64,000 nt of DNA from an uncultured delta proteobacterium (GCA_963735595.1 CAVTLK010000002.1:384001-448000), one strand, 5' to 3'; shown: positions 10,602 to 21,978, counted from the first letter of the stretch. The notes: generated from the letters alone by a model not told the origin. Numbers and translations: made by a program.

Positions 10602-11573
10602 TTAGGAGTAGGGAATGAACTCCTCTCCCATCAGTCTGCGGATTTCACGGGGGCAGACCGTTCTGGCGGCCTGGATGATTTCCCTCTTCTTTTTCATTTT
10701 CGGCGCCATCCGGGCCGCCTCCCAATAGGCGCGCAGCAGGAACGGCTCGCGCAGTAACGCCCAGACGAAGAGCGCCGCCTCATACGGTGCGATCGACGGC
10801 AGATGCATGAGGTAATCTGAAATCGTGTCGTTCTTAATCAACATAAGATAACGGTTTCTGAATTGGAGGTAACGGGCCATCTTTGACCGTTCGGACCGTT
10901 TCTTGGTCGCGTATTCGTGGACGTGACACGATACTGCCAGCGGCTCGTAGTAGCACCGCCAACCAAGAAGCTGTGCCCGCCACGAGAGGTCGGCCTCTTC
11001 ACGATAGGCGAAGAAATCCTCGTCGAAATATTCGTCGCCAATCCTGATATCTTCCAGCATCTCGCGCTTGAACATCGCTTCCGAGCCCATGATTCCGAAT
11101 ACCCAACCGGGTTCGTCGAATTCCTTACGGTCGCTTTCCCCGGCCCCACGGTCGTCATTCTTGCGGCTCTTATTGAGGACCATACCGGCGCTATCGATGA
11201 TCTGACCGCCTATCCGCAGGACCTTTCCGGCGACCATCCCGATCCTTTCGTCCCGATCGAAAGCGGCAACCTTCTTCTGGATAAAGTCCGGTTCCATGAA
11301 GAGGTCGGGATTTAAGGTCATGAAATAGTCGAAGCCGCCTTCCCTGATGACCCGGTTGTGCCCACCGGAGAAGCCAAGGTTGGACGTATGAAGGATAGTT
11401 CGATGGTGATCTTTATAATCATGGATTACCTTCTTTGATCCGTCAGTTGAAACGTTATCACTTATTACCAACTTAGTATTTTTATAGGTCTGCTCCTCTA
11501 TATGGCGGATGCATTTAGGGAGATACCCCCGGTGATTGTGAACCAATAGACTAACAACTACCTTCCGGATCAC
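10602..11573 (-). CDS. Glycosyltransferase family 2
   Basis: DNVSTDGS, NLGFSGGHN, LNPD, FDEDFFAYREEADLSWR; SD GGAGG before the GTG start. Confidence 0.92.
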   Translation of the reverse strand: MIRKVVVSLLVHNHRGYLPKCIRHIEEQTYKNTKLVISDNVSTDGSKKVIHDYKDHHRTILHTSNLGFSGGHNRVIREGGFDYFMTLNPDLFMEPDFIQKKVAAFDRDERIGMVAGKVLRIGGQIIDSAGMVLNKSRKNDDRGAGESDRKEFDEPGWVFGIMGSEAMFKREMLEDIRIGDEYFDEDFFAYREEADLSWRAQLLGWRCYYEPLAVSCHVHEYATKKRSERSKMARYLQFRNRYLMLIKNDTISDYLMHLPSIAPYEAALFVWALLREPFLLRAYWEAARMAPKMKKKREIIQAARTVCPREIRRLMGEEFIPYS

Positions 11574-11893
11574 CGCGATAACCTCCTGCTATGTTTGCTA
11601 AACCTTAATATTTTCCCGAAGCAGCCATTATTAAATACCTGCTTAAACATGGGGAGTTAACCCGATTGCTGAAATGTATGTGAGTGACCCTTTAGGTCGC
11701 GAGCTTTGCTAAATATTTACATACATACTCGTTGTATCTATCTCTTGAGTATTGGCAACCTTTAGTTGCGCGAGAGGCAAAAATAAGAAAACTTTACAGT
11801 CTCATGGCGTTATTTTCCTTAAAAGAAAAAAAGAAAAATAGTTACCACGCAAATGGAAAAGTGTAGCGGTAAGAGCAACTATAAATTATTTAG

Positions 11894-13882
11894 CTATTTC
11901 TTCTTACTGGCTTCATTTCTCAAATTCCTTAGAAAGAAGTCAAGGGTCCTTCTTGCGATTTCCCGATTTGAGAAGTGAAGAGCTGTAGCCCGACCCGCTC
12001 GAGCGATATGTTGACGTCTTGTTCTATTAATTATTAGATCACAGATAGCTTCGGCTGCTCGATCGGGATTACGGGGCGGTACAAGTAAAGCGTTCTTACC
12101 ATCTTGAGCATATTCATTAACACCGCCGACGCTTGTAAGGACACAAGGCAAACCTGATGCCATAGCCTCTAAAGCAGGCCGTCCAAATCCTTGAAAATAC
12201 GAGCCATCGAAATAGACGTCAGCCTCAGCGTAAAGAAGCGCCATCTGTTTCCTATCCCGAACTACACCAATATTAATAAAGGGGAAAGGTATATGTTTGC
12301 TCGCGAGATTCTCTTCTCCGAAAAGAATTACCTGAGCCTTAGGGATTCGCCTAATAACAAGTGACATAGTCTCGATAACTGTTTCAAATCCTCGATGAGG
12401 TGTCGAAGGTCGGGCCATCGCGAGAATCTTAACTTTATCTGTGAAGAACCTTTTTCTGGGATGAAAACCCTCTATGTCTACACCGATAGGTATTACTGTA
12501 GTGTCTTGCCCGTGTTCGGCGAGTCTCTCAGCTAACCATCCGGTTGTAACGATTTTATTTCTAATGGTATTGTAGGTCTCGATAACCTGATGTCTTGTTC
12601 TCTTCTTCGATTCGGCGTAAAACCATGCCTCATAGTCCTGAAGGAAATAGACTGGAAGGAGTTCAGTGCGTTGGGTGGCGAGTTGGTGTACCCACGGCGC
12701 GGTCCTCCAGAATGTGGCAACCGCAATATCGGTGCGGGGGAGATCGGTAATAAGTTCCTCGGCACTTCTGAAAGTCAAGGGCTCGCTGAGACATTCCCAT
12801 TCTCTGGTCTCGGGGTAACGGGCCAAAGTGGCGATACGGGCATTAATTCCTAACAGAATTAACTCATTTACTATCTCAACAACTACCAAAGCGCCGCCGG
12901 ATATAACCATTCTGTCAAGAATATAAACAACATTCAAATTCCTTCTTTGACGAAAACCGGAGAAAAAGGCGCATTCAGAATTTAGTATTCTTTTTGGAGG
13001 GAGCATAGATACCGCTTCAAATGTCCGCGAGATTACTTCCCGGGTGCCTAATCTTGCAAAGGGTCTGACAACACCCCTTATAAAAGCCCTGATTGTATGC
13101 TCCAAGACACTAAACGAGAGAGAGCGGACACGGCGAGTCTTTCGAGTAAGCGCATTTATAAGCTTTCGAATCGCCTTTTTTTCATCTCTGGTTGCCACAA
13201 TCTTGTTGTTAGTCTGCGTTCTATCTATGCCACGAATGTGAATATAAACGTCATCTGCAAGTACAACACGATATCCTGAATCTATTAAAAGTTCTTGAAG
13301 ACTTGGCAGCAGGTCCTTTCCGTTCATAATTTCGAAATGCCTAACCGATTCTAGGATAGGGCGACGGTAGATCGTTGGCACCCATGGAATGATAAATCCG
13401 TTTGGTAGATATCTCGGCGAGATTTTCTGTACGAGCTGGGAAAACTCATAAACCGTTACTCCTGGAACCAAAGCTGGCGTAAAATTACAATCATTAATGT
13501 TAGTCAGGGTTTTAGCAGCAGCTATATCTTTATTCGCCTCCAAAACTGAGAGTAACTGACAAAGCCATCCTGATGGGAATAGGGATCCCATGGGCGCTGT
13601 TACCAAAAAATCCGCATTTCCATGGGTAGAACCATACATAGCTGCATTAATATAGGGCAATGCTTCATCGAGATTCAGTATCTCGATACTATTAAAATAC
13701 CTGAAATGTCTATCGAACTGCTTATGTGTAAACGATTCTATACCGTTACTTACTACCATAAGGTTTGTAGGTACATTTCGTATTGTGCGTGACAGACTAT
13801 CTATTGTATCGAAAATGTAAAGATATGGATCAGATGCGACGAGGATGATATCACACAACGCGTTTTTATTATGGGGTCTCAT
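11894..13882 (-). CDS. Two-domain glycosyltransferase: degenerate GT2-like N-terminus plus WsaF-like GT4
   Basis: ISGGALVV, DIAVATFWRTA, YFLQDYE, QGFGRPALEAMASG. The gene is AT-rich. Confidence 0.85.
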   Translation of the reverse strand: MRPHNKNALCDIILVASDPYLYIFDTIDSLSRTIRNVPTNLMVVSNGIESFTHKQFDRHFRYFNSIEILNLDEALPYINAAMYGSTHGNADFLVTAPMGSLFPSGWLCQLLSVLEANKDIAAAKTLTNINDCNFTPALVPGVTVYEFSQLVQKISPRYLPNGFIIPWVPTIYRRPILESVRHFEIMNGKDLLPSLQELLIDSGYRVVLADDVYIHIRGIDRTQTNNKIVATRDEKKAIRKLINALTRKTRRVRSLSFSVLEHTIRAFIRGVVRPFARLGTREVISRTFEAVSMLPPKRILNSECAFFSGFRQRRNLNVVYILDRMVISGGALVVVEIVNELILLGINARIATLARYPETREWECLSEPLTFRSAEELITDLPRTDIAVATFWRTAPWVHQLATQRTELLPVYFLQDYEAWFYAESKKRTRHQVIETYNTIRNKIVTTGWLAERLAEHGQDTTVIPIGVDIEGFHPRKRFFTDKVKILAMARPSTPHRGFETVIETMSLVIRRIPKAQVILFGEENLASKHIPFPFINIGVVRDRKQMALLYAEADVYFDGSYFQGFGRPALEAMASGLPCVLTSVGGVNEYAQDGKNALLVPPRNPDRAAEAICDLIINRTRRQHIARAGRATALHFSNREIARRTLDFFLRNLRNEASKKK

Positions 13883-14476
13883 TAGTAATTAGTTAGAGCC
13901 ATATTCTTGATTAATGCAACATAAACCAAAGTGCTCCGATTAGCAAATAGCCCATAACTGGTTTTTGAAATAGCACACTATTTTATAATAGTAAAGTCTT
14001 TTCCGAATATCTTGAATTTTGATATATGTTAGTTCGATCTCGGGAGTCAATCAGTTCGTTTTGTAATAAGCGAGATAGGGTTTAATTGGAAAGGCCTCCA
14101 ATAGATAGGAACTAGCAAAACCGTTTGTATCTTCGTAAAACAGAAACGTATAAGCATGTTACCGAACCTAATCATTCTATTATGAAATGCTTTCCCAACA
14201 AAACCTATTCGAGGATAGGTCCTCATTCTACTAAACTCACCCATTATATGGTTTCATTGAGCGGGTATAACGTAACTCCTAAAGTGCAGTTTACGCTTGA
14301 TTTGTTCCAGCTAAGACGATAGAATTTTTTGTTGAAATACTTGCTTGTCTACCTTTGTTCGAATAGGGCTGAGTTTTCGAAGGAAACTAAAACAACGGCT
14401 AAATGTATATAGATATATTCAATAATCTTAGTTAGTAGATAGTGGGACATAAGATTATTACGGGAATCATAGAGAA

Positions 14477-15346
14477 ATGAAAACAGAACATAAGCCCGAA
14501 ATCCAAATCCATATATATAGACCAAATCAAAGACATGATTTGGGATATTTTAAAGTATGGATTATTATGATTAACAATATTAGAAAATCAAAAAGGCTAA
14601 TCTGGGAGTTGTTTAAGCGAGACTTCTTGGCAAGTTATAAGAAGTCTTTTGTTGGTATAACATGGATATTCATCGCGCCGATAATGGCAGTTGTGCAGTG
14701 GGTATTCTTGAATATGACCGGCATGCTGGATCCCGGAGACCTTGGAATACCTTATCCAGTGTACGTCCTCATTGGTACTTCCATGTGGGGAATGTTCACC
14801 GGATTTTATGATTCTGCGAGTGCTACTCTATCTGCAGGACTAAGTTTTATTATGCAGGTAAATTATCCTCATGAAACACTATTATTCAAACAAATCGCAG
14901 AATACCTCGCGAATTTCTTGATAACATTTTTGATAAATATCGTGGTAATACTCGCGTTTGGCGTTACGCCAAGCTGGAAGATTATCTTTTTTCCAGTAGT
15001 TGCGTTACCTCTTCTCTTCCTTGGCACGTCAATAGGGCTTCTCGTTTCTATGATAAAGATCGTGGCCATTGATATTGAAAAGATGATTTCAACGGGAATC
15101 TCTCTACTGATGTGGATTACCCCGATTGTCTATTCTAATAAATTTGATAATCACTTCATTCAATCGGTTATTAAATGGAATCCCTTAACATACCTTGTAT
15201 GTTCTGTTAGAGATATCATAATCTACGGAAAGCTATATGATGTAAAGGGTTTCTTTATTTGTGCTGCGGCGTCATTGATCTTATTCCTAATTTCTTGGAG
15301 GCTTTTCTTTGTTTCGGAAGATAAGCTAATTGAAAGAATGATATAA
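14477..15346 (+). CDS. wzm: Polysaccharide ABC transporter permease Wzm
   Basis: KRDFLASYKKSFVGITW, WITPIVY, WNPLT; about 6 TM; directly upstream of wzt. Confidence 0.9.
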   Translation: MKTEHKPEIQIHIYRPNQRHDLGYFKVWIIMINNIRKSKRLIWELFKRDFLASYKKSFVGITWIFIAPIMAVVQWVFLNMTGMLDPGDLGIPYPVYVLIGTSMWGMFTGFYDSASATLSAGLSFIMQVNYPHETLLFKQIAEYLANFLITFLINIVVILAFGVTPSWKIIFFPVVALPLLFLGTSIGLLVSMIKIVAIDIEKMISTGISLLMWITPIVYSNKFDNHFIQSVIKWNPLTYLVCSVRDIIIYGKLYDVKGFFICAAASLILFLISWRLFFVSEDKLIERMI

Positions 15347-15462
15347 AATGGCGTAACAGTTATACATATTTCGCTATCCAAGAATTTGTAGATAAGTATG
15401 TTATACACGATAAAGTCGTTGCATGTTTTAGAGACTCAATACGCTCTGATCGAGTTCATAAA

Positions 15463-16638
15463 ATGCCTAAGCTTAAAATAAACGATGATACACTTGTATC
15501 TGTCAAGAGTGTATCTAAGAAATTCTGTAAAAACCTGAGACGTAGTATGGCGTATGGAATTATTGATCTTACAAAGAATCTGCTGGGGAGAAGAATTGAT
15601 TCAACTAGAATAAGAAAAGACGAGTTTTGGGCGATTGAGGATATTAGCTTTGAACAAAAAAGAGGCGAAGTTCTCGGCCTAGTTGGCAGAAATGGCTCCG
15701 GGAAGACCACGATTCTCCGGTTACTGGCCGGCATTTTCCCCCCTGATAAGGGCGAAATCGCGATAAAAGGGAAAATCGGCGCATTAATTGCCGTTGGAGC
15801 AGGTTTTCATCCCTATATGACCGGCAGGGAAAATATTCTCTTAAGCGGGTCTATACTAGGGATGACAAAAGGTGAGATCATTTCTAAATCTGACGAAATA
15901 GTTGATTTCGCGGAAATTGGAGACTTTATTGATTCACCGGTTTCGACGTACTCCTCGGGAATGAGGATCAGGCTTGGCTTTTCGATTTCGACAGCGATCG
16001 ACCCTGACGTACTCCTTCTTGACGAAATACTCGCGGTAGGAGACAGGAAATTTGTCGCGAAATGCTATAATAGGATTGCTAAATTGCGTGCTAACAGCAC
16101 GACGATCTTCGTCAGCCATAATATGAATCAGATCTCAAGGATTTGTACTTCAGTCATTGTCTGTGACAAAGGAAGGATTGTTCATAATGGTGACACACTG
16201 GAAGGTATAAGACTCTATAACTCGATTTGCTCGCTGGATAATGATGACGTTTTTGTAAAGACTACTCCCGGTTTTCAACTAAAATCATTTGCAGTTGATA
16301 GGAGTATTATTAAATGGAAAGATGACCTACGGTTTAGAGTAGAGTTTAATGCCGAATCTTCTATAGACAACTGCAATATCCGGGTGATTATCGTGGATGA
16401 ATATGGTGAGAATGTCGCGGAGTGGAAGGCGGCGAACTATCAGCATATACTCAATGTTAGAAAAGGAAGGAATATTTATGAAGATAAACTCCCTAATATA
16501 AGTTTACGTGATAATAAGTATTATTTGACATTCGTGTTAAATAGTCCGGATAATATTGCCTATCTTATACTGGCAAATCAATATTGTTCGTTTACTGTCA
16601 GAGGAAATCTGTACGGCGTTACGCATTATCAAATATAA
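15463..16638 (+). CDS. wzt: Polysaccharide ABC transporter ATPase Wzt with C-terminal carbohydrate-binding domain
   Basis: GRNGSGKTT, YSSGM, LLLDEILAVGD, VSH, followed by a ~140-aa beta-rich C-terminal extension. Confidence 0.92.
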   Translation: MPKLKINDDTLVSVKSVSKKFCKNLRRSMAYGIIDLTKNLLGRRIDSTRIRKDEFWAIEDISFEQKRGEVLGLVGRNGSGKTTILRLLAGIFPPDKGEIAIKGKIGALIAVGAGFHPYMTGRENILLSGSILGMTKGEIISKSDEIVDFAEIGDFIDSPVSTYSSGMRIRLGFSISTAIDPDVLLLDEILAVGDRKFVAKCYNRIAKLRANSTTIFVSHNMNQISRICTSVIVCDKGRIVHNGDTLEGIRLYNSICSLDNDDVFVKTTPGFQLKSFAVDRSIIKWKDDLRFRVEFNAESSIDNCNIRVIIVDEYGENVAEWKAANYQHILNVRKGRNIYEDKLPNISLRDNKYYLTFVLNSPDNIAYLILANQYCSFTVRGNLYGVTHYQI

Positions 16639-16770
16639 CTAATAAGGTATTGATATCATATTTACGTTTCCCATCGATACGAATTCATTCCTGTCCTACT
16701 ATATTAAGTAGATATTTCGGAACTCTCTGCTACCCCGCCATTTGGCTTGGTTCACTAAGGAGAATAGAAC

Positions 16771-18143
16771 ATGGCTTCAAGTGCTATTGAATTAATAACG
16801 CCCATCGCTACATTAATAAAAATGCTGAATCCGTCTTCAGTCTTAGATATAGGAGTTGGATTTGGTAAGTGGGGATTCATGTGCCGAGAATATCTTGAAA
16901 TCTGGCACGATCGAGTAAAGAAAGATGAGTGGAAATTAGTAGTTGAAGGTGTAGAAGTTTTTCCGCAGTATCATGAAGTAATACAACCATATATCTATAA
17001 CCATATCTATTATCAGGACGCTCGTTCATTTAAGCCGAAAAAGCATTATGACCTACTAATAGCATGCGATATAATAGAACACATACCAAAGCATGAAGGA
17101 ATAGATTTGATTGAAAGGATGTCGTCTACCTGGTCAGAAAACTCCATAATCTCAATACCACTTGGAAAAGACTGGATACGAAAAGCATATGGTCGAAATC
17201 CCCATGACGCACACCTTTCCACTTGGAGCGAATCCGATATGGGCGAGGAGTGGTATCGTATTAAAGTGATGATTCCTGATGGGAGAGTTATCGGGATCTT
17301 TTTTAAGGGCGAGGGATTTACGGAAAAGATTGTCACATATATACGTAGTGTCTACGGTATTGAAAAAGGTCTGACTGTTGCGGGTTCGGAAGCGCTCGCC
17401 GAGCTTAACTTAATAAAGAATTCCCGTTCATACAAACTATCCCGTATCATCGCACGTATGGCGAGGCCATTTAAAGTAATTACCAACGGCTCTTCTATAC
17501 GTCATAAATCGGGAACACCTCTTTATCCCAAGAAAGGGAATAGTAAATGCGATATTAGGAGAGAATCTGGCGTATGGAGTCATGCTGATATAGGTATCCT
17601 TACGGCAAAGGTCAAGGATGTCGAAGGTGATTTTGGGGAAATCGGCGTTTTTATGGGAAAAACATTCAATAAGGTTGCACTAATAGCAAAAGAACAGAAT
17701 AAGATGGCCCACGCCTTCGACAGCTTTAGGGGGATGGCTAATCCCACTGCGGAGGATTTTGGGCATTATCCTAAAGGCAAATTTGATATTGGAGGGCCGG
17801 GAAATTCGTTAGTATCATGAACGAATATGGTGTTTCGCAAAATATGTATAAACTCCATGTCGGTTACGTTCCGGATTGCTTCAAGAGTGTTGATGCTTCG
17901 GTGAAGTTCTCTTTTGTAATTATAGATCTTGATCATTATAAACCAACCGTAGATGCATTAGAATGGATTTGGCCTCGGATAAACCCGTTGGGAATTCTTG
18001 CACTGGATGACTATATTCCGGAGTATCAAAAACTCGCAGCAAAAGCGATTAAGGAATTCATTCATAAATACGATGATTTTGAAATCATCGACTATTTCAA
18101 TCATCAGCTTATTCTAAGAAAGTCTATTGTTGATTTAGGCTGA
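16771..18143 (+). CDS. Fused class I SAM methyltransferase plus TylF/MycF-type O-methyltransferase (frameshift near 17800)
   Basis: VLDIGVGFGKWG and DIIEH in domain 1. GDFGEIGV, AFDSFRG, IDLDHYKPT and LDDY in domain 2. Confidence 0.8.
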
Positions 18144-18184
18144 TACTGAAAATTATTCCTTGCTGATATCAAAAAGAGGGATGG

Positions 18185-20678
18185 ATGAAGAAGGTTAGTC
18201 GACAGATTAGCAATGTATGTATTGCTAACTATACCGGAGCATTATTTCACGTCGGTTGCCAATCGGCGAGCTATATACTGGAAAACGAACTCAAGAAGCG
18301 GTTTGGAAAGCACCTACAAATTGATTATATGTTCTCAACTACGCATGCTGTAGGTGGCGATATTCCTTTTTCTGAGCGTGGTTTTAGTATCGTTTTGGAC
18401 AGTCTCGAAAATAATAGCTTCCTTTTGGATAAACTAAAGAAGGCTGACTTGTTGATAATAAATGGAGAAGGCACATTACATTGGCCTAGTAATAACAACA
18501 GGGTCTGGTACTGGTTGGCGTGTATTCATATTGCAAAGGAGAAGTTTGGAATTCCGGTATGGGTTATAAATTCATCCTTTTTTTCCGGGGACCAGCTTTT
18601 TAGCAGGTTTAGCGCGAAAATGCTTAAAAAAGCGGATCATGTCGCGCTAAAGATTCGGTGAGCTATGAAACGGTCAAAGCAATGGGAACTAAAAACGTCG
18701 TGAATGCCACCGACCTCACGTTTCTATTACCGCATAGGATGAATAAGGATATAGCGGGCTATTTTGAAAAGAAGCACCCCTTGTGGAAAAGGGATAATAT
18801 CAAGACTAGAATAATCCTTGCTGGAAGCTCGGCAATCTCGAAAGCTTCAATGTCTCTTTGGGCCGAAAACTATCTGAATATTCTAAGAGGTCTAAGAGAG
18901 AGCTTATCGAATATCGATGTGCTTCTTTGTTGCTCAGCCGGATATGGGAAGGGATTATGATCTGTTTCTGGCTTTACGGTCTGAATTTGAGTATATTAAT
19001 TGCTTCAGGGAGACCGTTAGTCCAGCTGAATTTATTTGGATCATGAAACAGGCAAATGTAGCTATCTCCGGCAGATTCCATGTGAATACGATTGCGATTG
19101 TTTCAAACACGCCCGCTGTAATGCTTTCTGGAAATACGCCGAAAAATGAAATACTTGCTCAAATGATACACAGAACAAGGTTACTGCTATTTGAATGCGT
19201 ACGATACTGAAAAGATACTCGCTATGTCTAAAGAACTATGTAAAAAATCAAATAAGCGATTTGACGAAACTCACTTGCCCCGAGAAAAGCTTTTCAACCT
19301 GGCAAAAAAGAATTTCCCCGCGTCGGTTTTACCCAATCTTCAGGAACGCCGTAGTGTAGATTTGGAGGAACTAATTATACAAACGGAATTCATAAAACTG
19401 AGCTTTCAGAAGAGAGAATTAGTGGCAAAAGATGATCTGATACAGCAGAATAAGAAGCTGCAGAGTATAATAAAGTCAAAAGACTCTATAATTGAGACAA
19501 TAGATATTTCTAAAACCCATTATATTACTAAATATGCTATTAAGCTCCTCTATTACTTCACTCATCCTTCAGATGGGTATAATCGATTAAAGCAAGTAAT
19601 AAACGATAAATCGTTTATATTTCCATTATTACAGGAGATCCCGGCTCCAAATAAAAAAAGCTTCCATGACGCGGAAATAAAGGTTCTTCACGTTGCTTCC
19701 ACTCCACTTGCGGGTTCACCTATTCGTATGTGTCGTTTGTTAGATAGCGGTGAGTATTTTTCGGCGCTTTCGATTTGTCGTAAGAATACATACGATGATG
19801 GTAGGTTGTTCGACTATGATATTGTATATGAGCCGTTTAAAGCCAAAGAGTCAGATGTTGAGCTAATGAGGCAATTAATTAAAGAGTGCGATATTATTCA
19901 TTTTCACAATGAAGCGTATCATCAACGCTTCGGAATTTTCAAGGAGATACCTTCCAGTAAACCTGTTTGCGTACAATGGCACAGCGGTCCAGATGAAATC
20001 GCGCACAGGCTGGGAATATCTATAAGAGAGGCAATGGATTTCCAGAACATACCAACATTCGTTGTTGCCCAGAAGCAATCTCGTTTCTATCCAAACGCCA
20101 TACCTGTTCCCAATGTCGTGGATATTCGCCTTCCAGAGTATCAGGTAGTTCAGCGTGACATTGACACTATTCATATTAGTTATAGTCCCGCTGGAGACGC
20201 GCAATCATATGAACGGCTGTGTAGGGACAAAGGCATGAATATGATCCTCAATGCGTTACGAATAACTAAGGAGCGCTATTCGGAAAAAGTCAGTATACAT
20301 ATTCTTCAGGGGATTCCGCTACAAAAGTGTATACAAATGAAACAAAAATGTCATATTACTATTGATGATATTAAGTCGGGTGGCTATCATATGGTAAGTC
20401 TTGAGGGTTTTGCGCACGCTTCGGCGACAATCGCCAACCCAGATACAACGACGAAGGAGTTCCTATCAAATTTCACGGGATGTCCGGTGGAAGAATTGCC
20501 TTGGTTCGAGGCGTCTGAAGAGGATATAGTGGAACGTCTTAGTGAGCTCATTGAGAATGTTGATTTAATAGAAAGGATCGGGCAAAACTCCCGAAGATGG
20601 ATGGAAAAATATTGGAATCATGAATTTATCATGAGAAAAATGCAATCGGCATATATAGAGATTCTTAATAAGAGCTAG
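18185..20678 (+). CDS. Probable single fusion gene: polysaccharide pyruvyl transferase, coiled coil, GT-B glycosyltransferase (3 frameshifts)
   Basis: HVGC, INGEGTLH, RD..S (after shift) and ISGRFH in the N-terminal part. A heptad-rich linker follows, then DIIHFH and IDDI..GGY..VSLEG in the C-terminal part. Confidence 0.65.
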
Positions 20679-20723
20679 CTCATTTTCACGGTATAGACGC
20701 GATTCTATTATGGAGTTTCTATC

Positions 20724-21794
20724 TTGAAGGTTAGTATTGTCGACTCTGCGTTTTTTGCTTTTTTTAGGATTATTTTCCGATGCAAGAAAATCGTTAAAAG
20801 AGTAATCCCTGAAGGGATAGTAGTCGGGACTAAAATAGTAATAAGGTTTCTAAGGAAGATATTTAACAAGAACGAGGTCTTCTTATTCAGATACCAGCAT
20901 ATGTCTTGGGCATCTAAAAAATTTAGCTTGAAGCGCGTAAATGATAATGGGGAGGCTGATGTATACTGGCAAGGAAGACACGTCTATAGAACATCTAACC
21001 TAAATAATATTCGTAACAGCCACTACGGTGATTGTTTTTTGATTGGAACTGGGCCATCTATAAATGAAATAGATATTTCTTTACTCGAAAAGAAGACGTG
21101 TTTTGGTGTAAATGGTGCTATCGCAAAATTCTCTGGACTATATTTTAAACCGAAATATTATGCGGTATCTACCTATGATTTCTTTGTTAATCGCTTTGAG
21201 ATGGTTCGAGAAGTTATGCTTGAAGGAATACAGAGCTTTTTCCCCTTTTGGGGTATTAGTCAGATATGTGAACATGATATATCTCTACTTAAAAATGCAC
21301 AGATATTTCTTGCAGACCCAATAAGCCAGAAATATGGCATCCCTAAAATGGACGACGAAGATTTCGATAAATTAAATGAATTTGACACTGACTTTGTTTT
21401 ACATCGTGAAAAACGAAAGATGAATGATAAAGTCGGCTTTAGCAGGAACTTATTAAAGGGGTACTTTCATGGCGAGAACATCCTATATACATCTCTACAG
21501 ATCGCATATTTTATAGGATACAGAAGATTTTTCATAGTAGGGATGGATCTCAATTATTCGGGACCCAATCCACGTTTTTATGAGAAGACAAACAATAGCC
21601 GTCCGACTTGGGTCGATCAGAGTTTTGATAGATCTATAGTACCCTGTTTTGAAATCGTTCGGGACCTAATCCTCAATAAGGAGATACAAGTGTATAATGT
21701 ATCTCCCGAGAGTAGGTTGCCGAAGGAAATCATTACAAAAGTTCCTTTTGAGGATGCTCTAAGAATATCGAGTGATTCCTCCTTTGATGTCTAA
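20724..21794 (+). CDS. WaaZ/RfaZ-like (Kdo-transferase-like) glycosyltransferase
   Basis: IGTGPSI, FGVNGA, GFSRNL..GY, LQIAY, GMDL, RFYE....PT: the same motif order as I recall for WaaZ/RfaZ. Confidence 0.65.
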   Translation: MKVSIVDSAFFAFFRIIFRCKKIVKRVIPEGIVVGTKIVIRFLRKIFNKNEVFLFRYQHMSWASKKFSLKRVNDNGEADVYWQGRHVYRTSNLNNIRNSHYGDCFLIGTGPSINEIDISLLEKKTCFGVNGAIAKFSGLYFKPKYYAVSTYDFFVNRFEMVREVMLEGIQSFFPFWGISQICEHDISLLKNAQIFLADPISQKYGIPKMDDEDFDKLNEFDTDFVLHREKRKMNDKVGFSRNLLKGYFHGENILYTSLQIAYFIGYRRFFIVGMDLNYSGPNPRFYEKTNNSRPTWVDQSFDRSIVPCFEIVRDLILNKEIQVYNVSPESRLPKEIITKVPFEDALRISSDSSFDV

Positions 21795-21978
21795 TCCGGA
21801 CTTGGCAAGGCGATTGTATTGTATTATGAAGTTACCAACTTTCCGGTCAATACAACCGCATAGAAAATTTCTCGTTGGCTGGTTAAGATCAAGACCCTTT
21901 ACGTGTATCTGTACTATCTGTTACCGGTTTATTTCGAGCTTTCCATTGTTGTAATACAGACTTTTACTATACTCGATT

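Noticed and set aside
13883..14476. Short ORFs or an ops/JUMPStart element in the divergent AT-rich gap
   Set aside because: No GGCGGTAG motif seen, and the ORFs lack SD and motifs. Most likely a divergent promoter region.
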